Below are positions 8,221 to 17,896 of a DNA stretch of 64,000 bases, one piece after another. The first letter of the stretch is position 1, and each line of letters opens with the position of its first letter. Below the pieces are notes generated by a model. That model saw nothing but the letters and a program-made list of their open reading frames with translations, did not search any database and was not told the origin of the DNA. Made by a program: the position numbers and the translations under genes. The DNA is from an uncultured Chloroflexia bacterium (GTDB taxonomy: Bacteria; Chloroflexota; Limnocylindria; Limnocylindrales; CSP1-4), in contig CAVYBU010000002.1 of NCBI GenBank assembly GCA_963766735.1, positions 1 to 64,000 on the forward strand. The letters are read 5' to 3'.

Positions 8221-11073
8221 TCAGGATGCCGCGGGGCTCGCCGCCGGGGGCTGCGTCGGCGGGGCCGTGGGTCCCGGCGGCGGGGCCGTGGGTCCCGGCG
8301 TCGGCGGGGCCGTGGGGGCCCTGGTGGGTGGCGCCGGCGTCGGAGCCCTGGTGGGTGCCGCCGTTGGTGGCTCTGTTGGCGGCGGGCTCGGCGTCAGGTC
8401 CGGCGACGCGGAGGGTGACTCGGACGGCAGCCCGGAGGGCGTCGGACAGACGACCGGCGACGCTGACGGGTCCAGGGTCGCCAGCGGGTCCACGGTCGCG
8501 AACGGGTCCGGAGATGCGCACGGGTCGATCGTCGGGCTGGGCGACGGCGACGCACACCCGTCGCCCGCGCCAAGCAGCGGGCCCCATGACCGGCCGTAGG
8601 GGTTGAACGAGCCGTTGTAGAAGTACGAGGTCGGGGTGTTCTTCGGGCCTCCCCGGACACCCGGTCCCTTCGTCGCGCGGGCGATCCATGCCCGGTCCGC
8701 CGCCATCCAGGCCTCGTGTTCGTTCTCGAAGCCTGCGGTCAGCAGCACCGCCTCGCCGCATCGGGCCTCGGGGGGCAGCGTCACCTTGGGTGCCGTGCCG
8801 GCCAGGAACCAGTCGTCGACGGTCTTCCCGCCCGGGCCGGGCAGCAGACCCGTCCAGGGATCGACGGCGACCTGCTGCAGGCCGCCGGGCTTGCGGAAGC
8901 CGTGGATGCCCCAGCCCTTGGACGCTTCGTTGAGGAAGCCCTGCCAGACGTAGGTCGATACCTGGATGGAGAAGAGGGGATCGGCGGGGGTGCTGACGAG
9001 CGAGTTGTCCGAGTTGCCGTTCCAGACGCCCACGGCCAGCGCGAACTGCCCGTCCGCTCGCTCGTCCTTCGAGGGCGCCCCGAGGTAGCCGTACGCGTTG
9101 AGGTCCCGGGCGTCGTTGTTGGTGCCGGTCTTGAGCGTTGCGGGCCGCCGCTTGCCACCGTCGCGGATCGCGAACTTGCCCCAGTACGGGTTCTGCTTCG
9201 GATCGGTGTTGCCGGCCAGGATCTCCGTCAGCACGTACGCCGAGTCGGCGTCCAGCGCCTGTTCCGGCTCGGCCCGCGTGCTCTCGCCGAGGAGCTCGAC
9301 GCCGTCGTTCCCGGTCACGGTGAGGATCGTCGTGCGGTCCTCCAGCTGACCGCCGTTGGCGAGCACCCCATACGCCCGCACCAGGTCGATGGGGTGGACC
9401 TCCTCAACGCCCAGCGCGAACGACAGTCCGGCGTCGACCTGGCCGTCGAGGAACTGGACGCCCATCGCCTCTGCGCGGGCCTGGACGCGATCGTTGCCGG
9501 TCACCGCCAGGGACTTGACCGCGGGGATGTTGAGCGAGAAGCGGAGGGCGTCCTTGACGCGGACGGGGCCGCGCTCCAGCCTGTCGGCGTCGGTGGGGAT
9601 GTAGCCCCCGCCGAAGTCCGTGACGACGTCCATGAACATGGATGCAGCCGTGATCCGGCGCTCCGTGATGCCGGTGGCGTAGACGATGGGCTTGAAGGCC
9701 GACCCCGGCTGGCGCCAGCCGTCCGCCAGGACGTCGAACCGCGGCTGGAACTTCTTGGTCGCCTTGGTCGCATACGCATCCGCGGAACCGACGTACGCGA
9801 CGAGCTCGCCCGTCTGGTAGTCGAGCGCAACGAGAGCGCCGTTGTAGAGCTTCTTGTCGCGCAGGTTCGCCATCCAGGGCTCATACGTGAGGCCCAGCTG
9901 CTTCGCCGCGGCCTTGGGGCTCTTGCTGTGCGGCACGATGGTGGCCGCCTTGACCCACTTCTCGGCGAGGTCCTGGAGGCGCATGTCGAGGGTCGTGGTG
10001 ATGCGGAGGCCACCGCGCTCGAGCAGGGGGCAGGTCTCGGCATCGGCGCCGCAGAGGCGCGCCGTGAGCTCCCGGCGGACCTGCCACACGAAGTGCGGGG
10101 CCTTCCACCTGGGGGTGACCTGCCGCGTGAGCTCGACCGGCTCTGCCTTCGCTGCCGCGAAGTCCGCAGCCGTGTACGTCGTCCCGGTCAGCGGCGTGCG
10201 GTCCTGGGCCATCAGGTCCAGGACCTGGTTGCGTCGCTGGACGATCGTGGTGTCCTCGGGCACGACGAGCCGCGAGGTTGTGCAGGTTTCCTCCGTGTCA
10301 CCGGGCTCGATGCACTCCTCGACGGCGTTCAGGACCAGGTCGTACGAACCCGGTGCCTTCGGGAGGGCCGCCAGGATCGCCGCCTGGGCGAGCGTGATCT
10401 CCGTCAGGGGTACGCCGAAGTAGCTCTCGGCGGCGGCTGCCACGCCGTAGGACTCGTTGCCGTAGTAGTTCTGATTGAGGTAGGCGGCCATGATCCGCTG
10501 CTTGCCCTCCTCGCCCGGGAAGGCCTGGGTCACGCGGATCGACTGGACGATCTCCTTGAGCTTGCGGGTGGCCGTGACCTCGATCTGGGCCGTGCCATCC
10601 TCCGAGAGGAGACGCTGGCGGACGAGCTGCTGGGTGATCGTGGAGGCGCCGCGGGCATTGCCGCGCAGGGCGTCGATCCCGGCGGCCATGATCCCCACGG
10701 GGTCGAAGCCGGAGTTCTCCCAGAACGTCCGGTCCTCGACCGCGGTCGTCGCGTCCACCAACACAGGAGGGATCTCGTCGAAGGTGACGACCGTGCGGTT
10801 GAATTCACCGAACCGGGCCAGCTCCACCTCGCCGGTCCGGTCGTAGACGATGGACTGCTCGGGCAGCTCGATGCGCTCCAGGATCAGCGGGTCCGGGAGG
10901 TCCGTCGTGAGGCCGTTGAAGGTCGCGACGGTGATCCCCGCTCCGGCGGCCCCGAGCAGGGTCAGGGCCCCGAACAGCAGGAGCCCCATTGCCGCGGCCG
11001 CGCCGATGCCCTTGCGGGGACGGCGCCGGGTGGGACGAGGTGCGGCTGCGGAGGGAGGGGACTGGCCGGTCAT
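8221..11073 (-). CDS. Bifunctional penicillin-binding protein (class A, PBP1A-like)
   Basis: Transglycosylase motifs EDRTF and GASTITQQL; transpeptidase SAFK, SLN, KTGT; one N-terminal TM helix and a Pro/Thr-rich tail. Confidence 0.92.
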   Translation of the reverse strand: MTGQSPPSAAAPRPTRRRPRKGIGAAAAMGLLLFGALTLLGAAGAGITVATFNGLTTDLPDPLILERIELPEQSIVYDRTGEVELARFGEFNRTVVTFDEIPPVLVDATTAVEDRTFWENSGFDPVGIMAAGIDALRGNARGASTITQQLVRQRLLSEDGTAQIEVTATRKLKEIVQSIRVTQAFPGEEGKQRIMAAYLNQNYYGNESYGVAAAAESYFGVPLTEITLAQAAILAALPKAPGSYDLVLNAVEECIEPGDTEETCTTSRLVVPEDTTIVQRRNQVLDLMAQDRTPLTGTTYTAADFAAAKAEPVELTRQVTPRWKAPHFVWQVRRELTARLCGADAETCPLLERGGLRITTTLDMRLQDLAEKWVKAATIVPHSKSPKAAAKQLGLTYEPWMANLRDKKLYNGALVALDYQTGELVAYVGSADAYATKATKKFQPRFDVLADGWRQPGSAFKPIVYATGITERRITAASMFMDVVTDFGGGYIPTDADRLERGPVRVKDALRFSLNIPAVKSLAVTGNDRVQARAEAMGVQFLDGQVDAGLSFALGVEEVHPIDLVRAYGVLANGGQLEDRTTILTVTGNDGVELLGESTRAEPEQALDADSAYVLTEILAGNTDPKQNPYWGKFAIRDGGKRRPATLKTGTNNDARDLNAYGYLGAPSKDERADGQFALAVGVWNGNSDNSLVSTPADPLFSIQVSTYVWQGFLNEASKGWGIHGFRKPGGLQQVAVDPWTGLLPGPGGKTVDDWFLAGTAPKVTLPPEARCGEAVLLTAGFENEHEAWMAADRAWIARATKGPGVRGGPKNTPTSYFYNGSFNPYGRSWGPLLGAGDGCASPSPSPTIDPCASPDPFATVDPLATLDPSASPVVCPTPSGLPSESPSASPDLTPSPPPTEPPTAAPTRAPTPAPPTRAPTAPPTPGPTAPPPGPTAPPTQPPAASPAAS

Positions 11074-11166
11074 CGTGAAGAGTCTGCCCGTGGTCGCGGG
11101 ATCGTGCTGGGGACGGGGATCGGCCCCAGCCGCGACGAGTGGAGGAGGGGACCGGTCGGCGGCCGA

Positions 11167-11559
11167 TCAGCTCTTCTGGAGCGAGTCCCGGATCTCCGTC
11201 AGCAACTTGACCTCGTCGGACGGCTCGGCCGGCGCGGCGGGCTCCTCCTTGATCATGACCTTCCCGATCCAGAACACCACGAACGCGACGATGATGAACG
11301 TGATGACCTGGTTGATGAACGCGCCGTAGTTGATCGTGACCGCGGGGACGGTCTCGCCCGCCGCGTTGGTGGTCGCATCCTGGAGCGTGATGACCATCGC
11401 GCTGAAGTCGACGCCGCCCAGGAGCATGCCGATGGGCGGCATGATGATGTCGTTCACCAGCGAGGCCACGACGGCGCCCAGCGCGACGCCGATGATCACA
11501 CCGATGGCCAACGCGAGCGCATTGGTCTTGATCAGGAATCCCCTGAATTCCGTGAGCAT
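11167..11559 (-). CDS. mscL: Large-conductance mechanosensitive channel
   Basis: EFRGF..LAIGVIIG, SLVNDIIMPPIG, YGAFIN, LLTEIRDSL. Confidence 0.95.
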   Translation of the reverse strand: MLTEFRGFLIKTNALALAIGVIIGVALGAVVASLVNDIIMPPIGMLLGGVDFSAMVITLQDATTNAAGETVPAVTINYGAFINQVITFIIVAFVVFWIGKVMIKEEPAAPAEPSDEVKLLTEIRDSLQKS

Positions 11560-11658
11560 GAGCGACCTCCCTCAGTTTCTCCGTGGCGTGACGCACGCGC
11601 CTGATACGAGGCTACATGCCCGCGCAGGTTCCGGCGAGGCCCCGTCGGTCCGTTCCAG

Positions 11659-12930
11659 CTACAGGCCGAACTGCTCCACGGCCTGTGCCGCCAGCCGCCC
11701 GCCGATCGCGAGCGAGCTCGTTGCGGCCGGCGATGGCGCATTGCGGACGTGGATCAGGCGTCCATTGCCCGCCAGGTCGAAGTCATCCACCAGTGTTCCG
11801 TCGCGTGCCAGGGCCTGGGCGCGCACGCCGGATGGCCCGAAGCGGAGCTGATCCGATCGGAGCTCCGGCAGGTAGCGCTGGAGCTCCCTTGTGAACGCGC
11901 CGCGACTGGCATCCCGCCACATCTCCGCGACGCCCATGCGCCAGAACCGGCGGGCGAGACGGCGGAAGCCCGGGTTTGCCAGCGCCTCACCCAGGTCGCG
12001 GAGGGAGACATCCCGACGTCGGTAGCCGGCCCGCTTGAACGCGAGCACGGCGTTGGGGCCCGCCCAGACCTCGCCATCGATGCGTCGCGTGAAGTGGACC
12101 CCCAGGAAGGGGAACCGTGGATCCGGTACGGGATAGACCAGGCCGTTCACGAGGCCCGCCGCGTCCGGGGTGAGCGTGTAGTAATCGCCGCGGAACGGGA
12201 CGATCCTGGGTGAATCCGGCGTGGCATCCCCGGTGAGCTCGGCCACCCGGTCCGACCAGAGACCGGCGCACGCGATGACGCTGGAGGCCTGGATGGGCCC
12301 GCGCGAAGTGGCCAGGACCAGGCCGTCCGGTCGTCGTTCGATGGCCGTGACGGGCCTCGACAGCTCGATCGCGCCGCCGCGCGAGGCCACGTCCTGCGCG
12401 TACATGCGGGTCACGCGCGTGAAATCCGTGATCCCCGTCCGCGGGCTCCACAGCGCCCTGATCCCGGCGACGTGCGGCTCGATCTCCCGGAGTCGCTCCG
12501 GCCCCACGTCCTCGAGGCCGTCAACGCCGTTGGCCCGGGCACGCTCCCCGAGTGCCGCGAGGCGCGCGAGCTCACCCTCGTCCAGGGCCACCACCAGTTT
12601 GCCGGGGAAGGCGATCGGGATCTGGTGGGCCTCGCAGTAGCGCTCCAGGAGCGCCTTGCCCTCACGGCAGAGGAGCGCCTTCTGGGAGCCGGGCACGTAG
12701 TACAGCCCCGCGTGGATCACGCCGGAGTTGTGGCCGGACTGGTGCGCGGCAACGCGATCCTCACCTTCGATGACCGCCAGTCGCAGGTCCGGCCTCGCTT
12801 CGAGCAGGCGGAGTGCCGTCGCGAGCCCCACGATGCCGGCCCCGATCACGGCGACGTCGACACGTTCCGGCGCGGCAGGGGTGGGGCTCTGCGGGGAATC
12901 GACCCCGGGATCGGCAGTGGGCTGGCTCAT
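11659..12930 (-). CDS. lhgO: L-2-hydroxyglutarate oxidase family FAD oxidoreductase
   Basis: GAGIVG, HQSGHNSGVIHAGLYY, YPVPDPRFPFLGVHFT, NAPSPAATSS. Confidence 0.9.
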   Translation of the reverse strand: MSQPTADPGVDSPQSPTPAAPERVDVAVIGAGIVGLATALRLLEARPDLRLAVIEGEDRVAAHQSGHNSGVIHAGLYYVPGSQKALLCREGKALLERYCEAHQIPIAFPGKLVVALDEGELARLAALGERARANGVDGLEDVGPERLREIEPHVAGIRALWSPRTGITDFTRVTRMYAQDVASRGGAIELSRPVTAIERRPDGLVLATSRGPIQASSVIACAGLWSDRVAELTGDATPDSPRIVPFRGDYYTLTPDAAGLVNGLVYPVPDPRFPFLGVHFTRRIDGEVWAGPNAVLAFKRAGYRRRDVSLRDLGEALANPGFRRLARRFWRMGVAEMWRDASRGAFTRELQRYLPELRSDQLRFGPSGVRAQALARDGTLVDDFDLAGNGRLIHVRNAPSPAATSSLAIGGRLAAQAVEQFGL

Positions 12931-13020
12931 GGGGCGAATGTAGCAACCCTGCGGACCCACGGGGTGCGGGACCGCGATTGTGCGAGCGGCCCCCGGCTCG
13001 ACAGGCCCGCCGGTCGAGAA

Positions 13021-13491
13021 CTACCCGCGGGCGAGCGCCTGGAGCAGCCGGTCCACGAACACGGCCTGGGCCTGGTTGAGCCGCCGGTGAGCCTCGGCGG
13101 GGCGAGCCCAGAGCAGCCGGTCGATCTCCGGGACCCGCAAGATCCGCCCGGAGCGCGGAGGCCATTCGACCTCCACCAGCATGCTCCGGAGCTGGGCCGG
13201 GTCCAGGTCTCCCTCCACGGCGTACCCGCGCACGACCTTCCCGGACCGCATGCGCACCTCGCCCAGGTCGATGACCTCGCCGTCCGGAGCGGGGTGGCCG
13301 GTCTCCTCGTGGAACTCGCGGCGCGCGGCGTCCAGCAGGTCCTCCTGCTGGTCCAGTGGCGCGCCCTTCGGCAGCGACCAGGCACCCGCGTCGCGGCGCG
13401 ACCAGACCGGCCCCCCGGGATGGGCGATCAGGACCTCGACTCCGTCATCGGCCCGACGGAAGAGCAGCAGGCCGGCGGACAGCTTTGACAT
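13021..13491 (-). CDS. NUDIX hydrolase
   Basis: SAGLLLFR, HPGGPVW, and Nudix box WSLPKG...AARREFHEETG. Confidence 0.85.
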   Translation of the reverse strand: MSKLSAGLLLFRRADDGVEVLIAHPGGPVWSRRDAGAWSLPKGAPLDQQEDLLDAARREFHEETGHPAPDGEVIDLGEVRMRSGKVVRGYAVEGDLDPAQLRSMLVEVEWPPRSGRILRVPEIDRLLWARPAEAHRRLNQAQAVFVDRLLQALARG

Positions 13492-13833
13492 CGGCAATCC
13501 GGAGGAGGGGGTGACGCACACGAAAGCGCCCGAAGGAACCGTACCGTACCGACACGCCCACGCCACTGCCAAGCAAGCTCGGCCTTGTCGCAGCGGCCCG
13601 TCTCCAACCGCCTCGCCAGCCTTGCGGCCGCCGCTGCGGCGGTTCGGGAACCCGGTCCGATGATCACTCACCGGTCCGGCGTCTGTACCACCGGCCCCTT
13701 CGGGCAAGACGAACCATACCGGCGGGCTGCCAGGGCCCGCAACGGCGTTACCCACGAGTTTCGGGCGATCTGTCGGGGTGTTGTCCACGATTCAGGGACG
13801 ATCGTGGACAACCTGTGGACGAACGGCCGGCCC

Positions 13834-14466
13834 TCAGCCCTCGTCCGAGACGACGCCACGGGCCGAACCCGCGGGTGCGACCTCGTGGTGGCGGAGGCAT
13901 CGGGCCTCGTACGTCTCGATCGCCGCCCCTTCGAACCCGCCGATGACGATCAACGGATCGTCCACGGCCGCGGGCCGCCCGCCGACCAGGCGCTGGGTGC
14001 GGGTGGCCGTCTCGCCGCAGACCACGCAGATCGCGCTCAGCAGCGTGATCTCGTCCGAGAGGGCCAGCAGCTCCGGCATCGCCCCGAACGGGCGCCCCGC
14101 GAAGTCCGTGTTGAGGCCGCTGGCGATGACGTGGCGCCCGCTTCGCCGGAGCGTCTCCACCGCGCTGACGATGCTGTCGTCGAAGAACTGTGCCTCCTCG
14201 ATCCCCACCAGGTCCACGTCCCGCTCGCGAGCGAGCGACAGGATCGCCACGGGCTCGCCTCTCGGCACGAGCACGGACGGGTAGCGCGCCTTGCTGCGGG
14301 ACTCGGCGTAGTCAGCGGGCGACCGGTCGTCCACGTCGGGGCGGACGAGCAGGATCCTCCGTTTTGCGATCTCGGCGCGGCGGAGAAGACGGAGCAGCTC
14401 GTCGGTCTTGCCCGACGACATGCACCCGGCGATGACGTGGAGCCAGGGATCAGCACGGAACAGCAC
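13834..14466 (-). CDS. tdk: Thymidine kinase
   Basis: GCMSSGKT P-loop, IEEAQFF, GLNTDFAGRPF, CVVCG zinc site, YEARC. TACGAT lies 6 nt before the GTG. Confidence 0.92.
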   Translation of the reverse strand: MLFRADPWLHVIAGCMSSGKTDELLRLLRRAEIAKRRILLVRPDVDDRSPADYAESRSKARYPSVLVPRGEPVAILSLARERDVDLVGIEEAQFFDDSIVSAVETLRRSGRHVIASGLNTDFAGRPFGAMPELLALSDEITLLSAICVVCGETATRTQRLVGGRPAAVDDPLIVIGGFEGAAIETYEARCLRHHEVAPAGSARGVVSDEG

Positions 14467-14564
14467 GGCCCGATCGTACCGGCTCGGGGCCATCGTGCGC
14501 ACGCCCGTGGGGGCTGGGTGCGACGCGGGCGCGCCAATCCCTCTGGGCGGCTAGCCTTGCCTCG

Positions 14565-15530
14565 ATGGGCGTGATCACGGCCGAAGGCCTCGCGAAGCAC
14601 TACCGGCCCCGGACCAGATTCGGCAGCCGCGGCGTGGGGACGGTCCGAGCCCTCGACGGCGTGTCCCTCGACGTCCGCCAGGGCGAGATCTTCGGCTTCC
14701 TCGGCCCGAATGGCGCCGGCAAGAGCACCCTGATCCGCCTGCTGCTGGGGTTCATCCACCCGACGGCCGGCAGCGCGACGGTCCTCGGCCTGGACTCCGA
14801 CCGCGAATCCGTGGCGATCCGGGCCCGCGTGGGCTACCTGCCGGGAGGCATCGCGCTTTACGACGGCCTGACCGGCGAGCGCCACCTGGACTACCTCGCA
14901 GAGCTGTCGGGCCGGGAGCCCGTCCGTCGCGCGGAGATCTGCGATCGCCTGGAGCTCACGCCCCGCACCCTGGCGCGGCCGATCCGCGACTACTCGCGTG
15001 GCATGCGCCAGAAGATCGGGATCGTGCAGGCGCTCCAGCACGACCCGGAGCTGGCGATCCTCGACGAGCCGTCCGAGGGGCTGGATCCGCTCATGCAGCG
15101 GGCGTTCTACTCGATCCTCGATGACCTTCGGTCCGACGGGCGCACTGTCTTCTTCTCCTCTCACATCCTGTCCGAGGTGGAACGGGTCTGTGACCGGGTG
15201 GCGATCGTGAGGGCCGGCCGGCTGGTGGCCCTGGAGGACGTCGGCGAGCTCGTCGCCCGGCGCCGGCGCTCGGTGACGGCACGCCTCGACGGACCGGCGC
15301 CAGAGCTCGCGGGTGTCGCGGGCGTGTCCGAGGTGGAGGTGGCCGGCAGCGTCCTCACCTGCGCCCTGGCCGGGGACCCGGGGCCGTTCCTCGAGGCGTT
15401 GCGCGGCGTCGCGCTGACGGACCTCGTGATAGAACCGGCGCGTCTCGAGGACGCCTTCCTGGAGCTGTACGCGGGCGAGGCGGCCGACGAGGCCGCGCAG
15501 GCGGCTGCGGATGCGCGGGGCCGGCCGTGA
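14565..15530 (+). CDS. ABC-2 type transporter ATP-binding protein
   Basis: GPNGAGKST, YSRGMRQK, ILDEP, SSH. Confidence 0.92.
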   Translation: MGVITAEGLAKHYRPRTRFGSRGVGTVRALDGVSLDVRQGEIFGFLGPNGAGKSTLIRLLLGFIHPTAGSATVLGLDSDRESVAIRARVGYLPGGIALYDGLTGERHLDYLAELSGREPVRRAEICDRLELTPRTLARPIRDYSRGMRQKIGIVQALQHDPELAILDEPSEGLDPLMQRAFYSILDDLRSDGRTVFFSSHILSEVERVCDRVAIVRAGRLVALEDVGELVARRRRSVTARLDGPAPELAGVAGVSEVEVAGSVLTCALAGDPGPFLEALRGVALTDLVIEPARLEDAFLELYAGEAADEAAQAAADARGRP

Positions 15531-16333
15531 TCAGCCTGCCCCTCCTCCGGCACACCTGGCGCACGCACCGGGTCCGGCTCGCGATCGTGTCGCTGGCACT
15601 CGCACTCTGGGCGTTCCTGCTGCCGGTGATCTATGCGACGTTCGGGCGCGAGATGGAGGTGATCCTGCAGTCGGGGATCATCCCGGATGCGTTCCTCAAC
15701 CTGATGGGCGCGGACCCGTTCAGCCTTGACGGGTCAGTGGCGCTGGGCGCGGTGCACCCGATCGCCATCGCCCTGATGATCGTGTACCCGGTCGGGTTCG
15801 CGGCGGCCGCCATCGCGGGCGAGCGCCAGCGCGGGACGCTCGAGGTGCTCCTCTCAAGGCCCCTCTCCCGGCGGACGCTGTTCCTGACGCTCCTCCTCGC
15901 GATCGTTGCGGCGACCGTCGTGACCACGGTGGCGACCATCGTCGGAACGGTCGTCGGCGCGCTGCTCTACGACGTCGCCGGCGGGCTCGATGCGGGTGAG
16001 ATGGCGCTGCTGGGCTTCAACACCGTGCTCCTGTTGTCGGCCCTCGGGGGGATCTCGCTCGCCGCATCCGCGTCCTTCGACCGGCTCTCGCCGGCGATCG
16101 GGATCGCGCTGGCGGTGACGCTGCTGGGCTACGTGCTGGAGATCCTGGGCACGCTCTGGCCGGATGCCGCGTTCCTGCAGCCGTATTCCCTGTTCCACTA
16201 CCTGCAACCGCTGGAGATCCTGGGCGGGGAGGCGCAGCTGAGCGATCTCCTGGTGCTGGCGGGCGTGCTGGTGGTGAGCACCGCCTACGGGCTGTGGCGC
16301 TTCCCGCGCCGGGACCTGGCCGCGCCGACTTGA
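15527..16333 (+). CDS. ABC-2 type transporter permease
   Basis: About six TM segments, GERQRGTLEVLLSRP; GTGA overlap with the ATPase gene. Confidence 0.88.
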   Translation: MISLPLLRHTWRTHRVRLAIVSLALALWAFLLPVIYATFGREMEVILQSGIIPDAFLNLMGADPFSLDGSVALGAVHPIAIALMIVYPVGFAAAAIAGERQRGTLEVLLSRPLSRRTLFLTLLLAIVAATVVTTVATIVGTVVGALLYDVAGGLDAGEMALLGFNTVLLLSALGGISLAASASFDRLSPAIGIALAVTLLGYVLEILGTLWPDAAFLQPYSLFHYLQPLEILGGEAQLSDLLVLAGVLVVSTAYGLWRFPRRDLAAPT

Positions 16334-16391
16334 GCCTGGACGGGACACCTGCAGCGGGCCTGACAGGCGGCCGCCGGCGTAGAGTGCGTCC

Positions 16392-17336
16392 ATGACTGGA
16401 CCCGACCACCTGCCGATCGGCCTCAGCCTCCCGACCTGGCCCCTGCGCCACGGCGGCTACGCCACCTGGCCGGAGATGCGCGCGCTCGCCCGCGAAATGG
16501 AGGCCATCGGCGTCGACACGCTCTGGGTCCCGGACCACTTCCAGCGGAGCCTCCCCGGCAGGCCCCGGTTCGGGTTCTGGGAATGCTGGACGATCCTCAC
16601 CGCAGCCGCTGAGGCGACGACAACGATCGGGATCGGCCCGCTCATCGCATGCACCGGGTTCCGCAACCCGGCGCTCCTGGCCAAGATGGCCGCCACCCTC
16701 GACGAGGTCAGCGGCGGGCGCCTCGTGCTGGGCCTGGGCAGCGGTGTCCCTGCCCGCGACGACTCCTGGCGGGCATTCGGCTACCCATCGGATCGTCCCG
16801 TCGGCCGGTACGCGGAGGCGGTGGAGATCATCGTCCGGATGCTGCGCGAGCGCGAGGTCAGCTTCGACGGCAGCCACTTCCACACCGATGGGGCGGAGAT
16901 CATCCCTCGCGGGCCGCGCCCGGATGGGCCGCCGATCTGGGTGGCGGCCCTGGGTGAGCGAACCTCGGAACTGGCGGCTCGCTGGGGCGACGCCGCGAAC
17001 GTCAACACCGCCCTCTGCTCGGCGGACGACGTGACGTCCATCCGGGCGACCATGGCCCGCGCCTGTGCTGCCGTCGGCCGGGATCCGGCGACGCTTGCCG
17101 TGACGGGCTGGAGCCGCCTCTCGCTGGCCGCGGACGGGACGGCCGTGCCGCGTGACGGATACCTGTCGGGGACACCGGCCGACGTGGGGGAGCAGGTGCG
17201 CTCATTTCGCGATGCCGGCCTTGCCCACCTGACGTTCTACGTCGGAGACGAGGGCGACCCGAGCCCCCTCCCGGCGTTGACGTCGGAGACGCTCGCGAGG
17301 TTCGCGCCAGTGCTGGAGGCGATCCGCTCCGGCTGA
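16392..17336 (+). CDS. LLM-class flavin/F420-dependent oxidoreductase
   Basis: LWVPDH, FRNPALLAKMAATLDEVSGGRLVLGLG. Confidence 0.9.
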   Translation: MTGPDHLPIGLSLPTWPLRHGGYATWPEMRALAREMEAIGVDTLWVPDHFQRSLPGRPRFGFWECWTILTAAAEATTTIGIGPLIACTGFRNPALLAKMAATLDEVSGGRLVLGLGSGVPARDDSWRAFGYPSDRPVGRYAEAVEIIVRMLREREVSFDGSHFHTDGAEIIPRGPRPDGPPIWVAALGERTSELAARWGDAANVNTALCSADDVTSIRATMARACAAVGRDPATLAVTGWSRLSLAADGTAVPRDGYLSGTPADVGEQVRSFRDAGLAHLTFYVGDEGDPSPLPALTSETLARFAPVLEAIRSG

Positions 17337-17449
17337 ACGGGCTGCCCGCTCATCCGGCCCCGCCCCCGGCGCGCGTCCGGCCTCGCCCCGACGGTAGGAT
17401 GCGCGACACTCTGACCTACAGCCAGTCTCGTCTCGGGGAGGAGCACCGC

Positions 17450-17896
17450 ATGGCAACGGTGGAAGCGACCACCCAGAAGGTCCAGCGCATGCTGGTCGAG
17501 GGCTTCGGCGACGTCACGCTCACCAAGGACGGCTTTGCCGTTGAACGCGGCAGCACGCGGGTGAGCATCGAGGTCAAGGAGTGGGGCAAGGACGGCAAGG
17601 GCGATCCCTCCTGCGTCGTCCGCCTGTGGGCTCCGCTCGCGCGCGAGTTGACGCCGACGCCCGAGTTCTACCGCTGGGCCGCCGTGGACGGCTCACGCTT
17701 CCTGTTCGGCTCGGTCACCGTCCTTGAGAACGAGGGGGCCACGGACTGCTTCGTGGTCTTCGATCACACCATCCTGGCCGACTACCTGGACATGGACGAG
17801 CTGTGCGGGGCGGTGGCCATCGTTGCCTCCACCGCGGACGACCTCGATGACGTGGTGCACGACAAGTTCGGTGGCAAGCGGTACACGGACGCGTAG
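17450..17896 (+). CDS. YbjN / type III secretion chaperone (CesT)-fold protein
   Basis: About 148 aa and acidic; GSTRVSIEV, HTILADYLDMDEL...ADDLDD...FGG pattern typical of YbjN-like proteins; GAGGAG RBS. Confidence 0.65.
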   Translation: MATVEATTQKVQRMLVEGFGDVTLTKDGFAVERGSTRVSIEVKEWGKDGKGDPSCVVRLWAPLARELTPTPEFYRWAAVDGSRFLFGSVTVLENEGATDCFVVFDHTILADYLDMDELCGAVAIVASTADDLDDVVHDKFGGKRYTDA

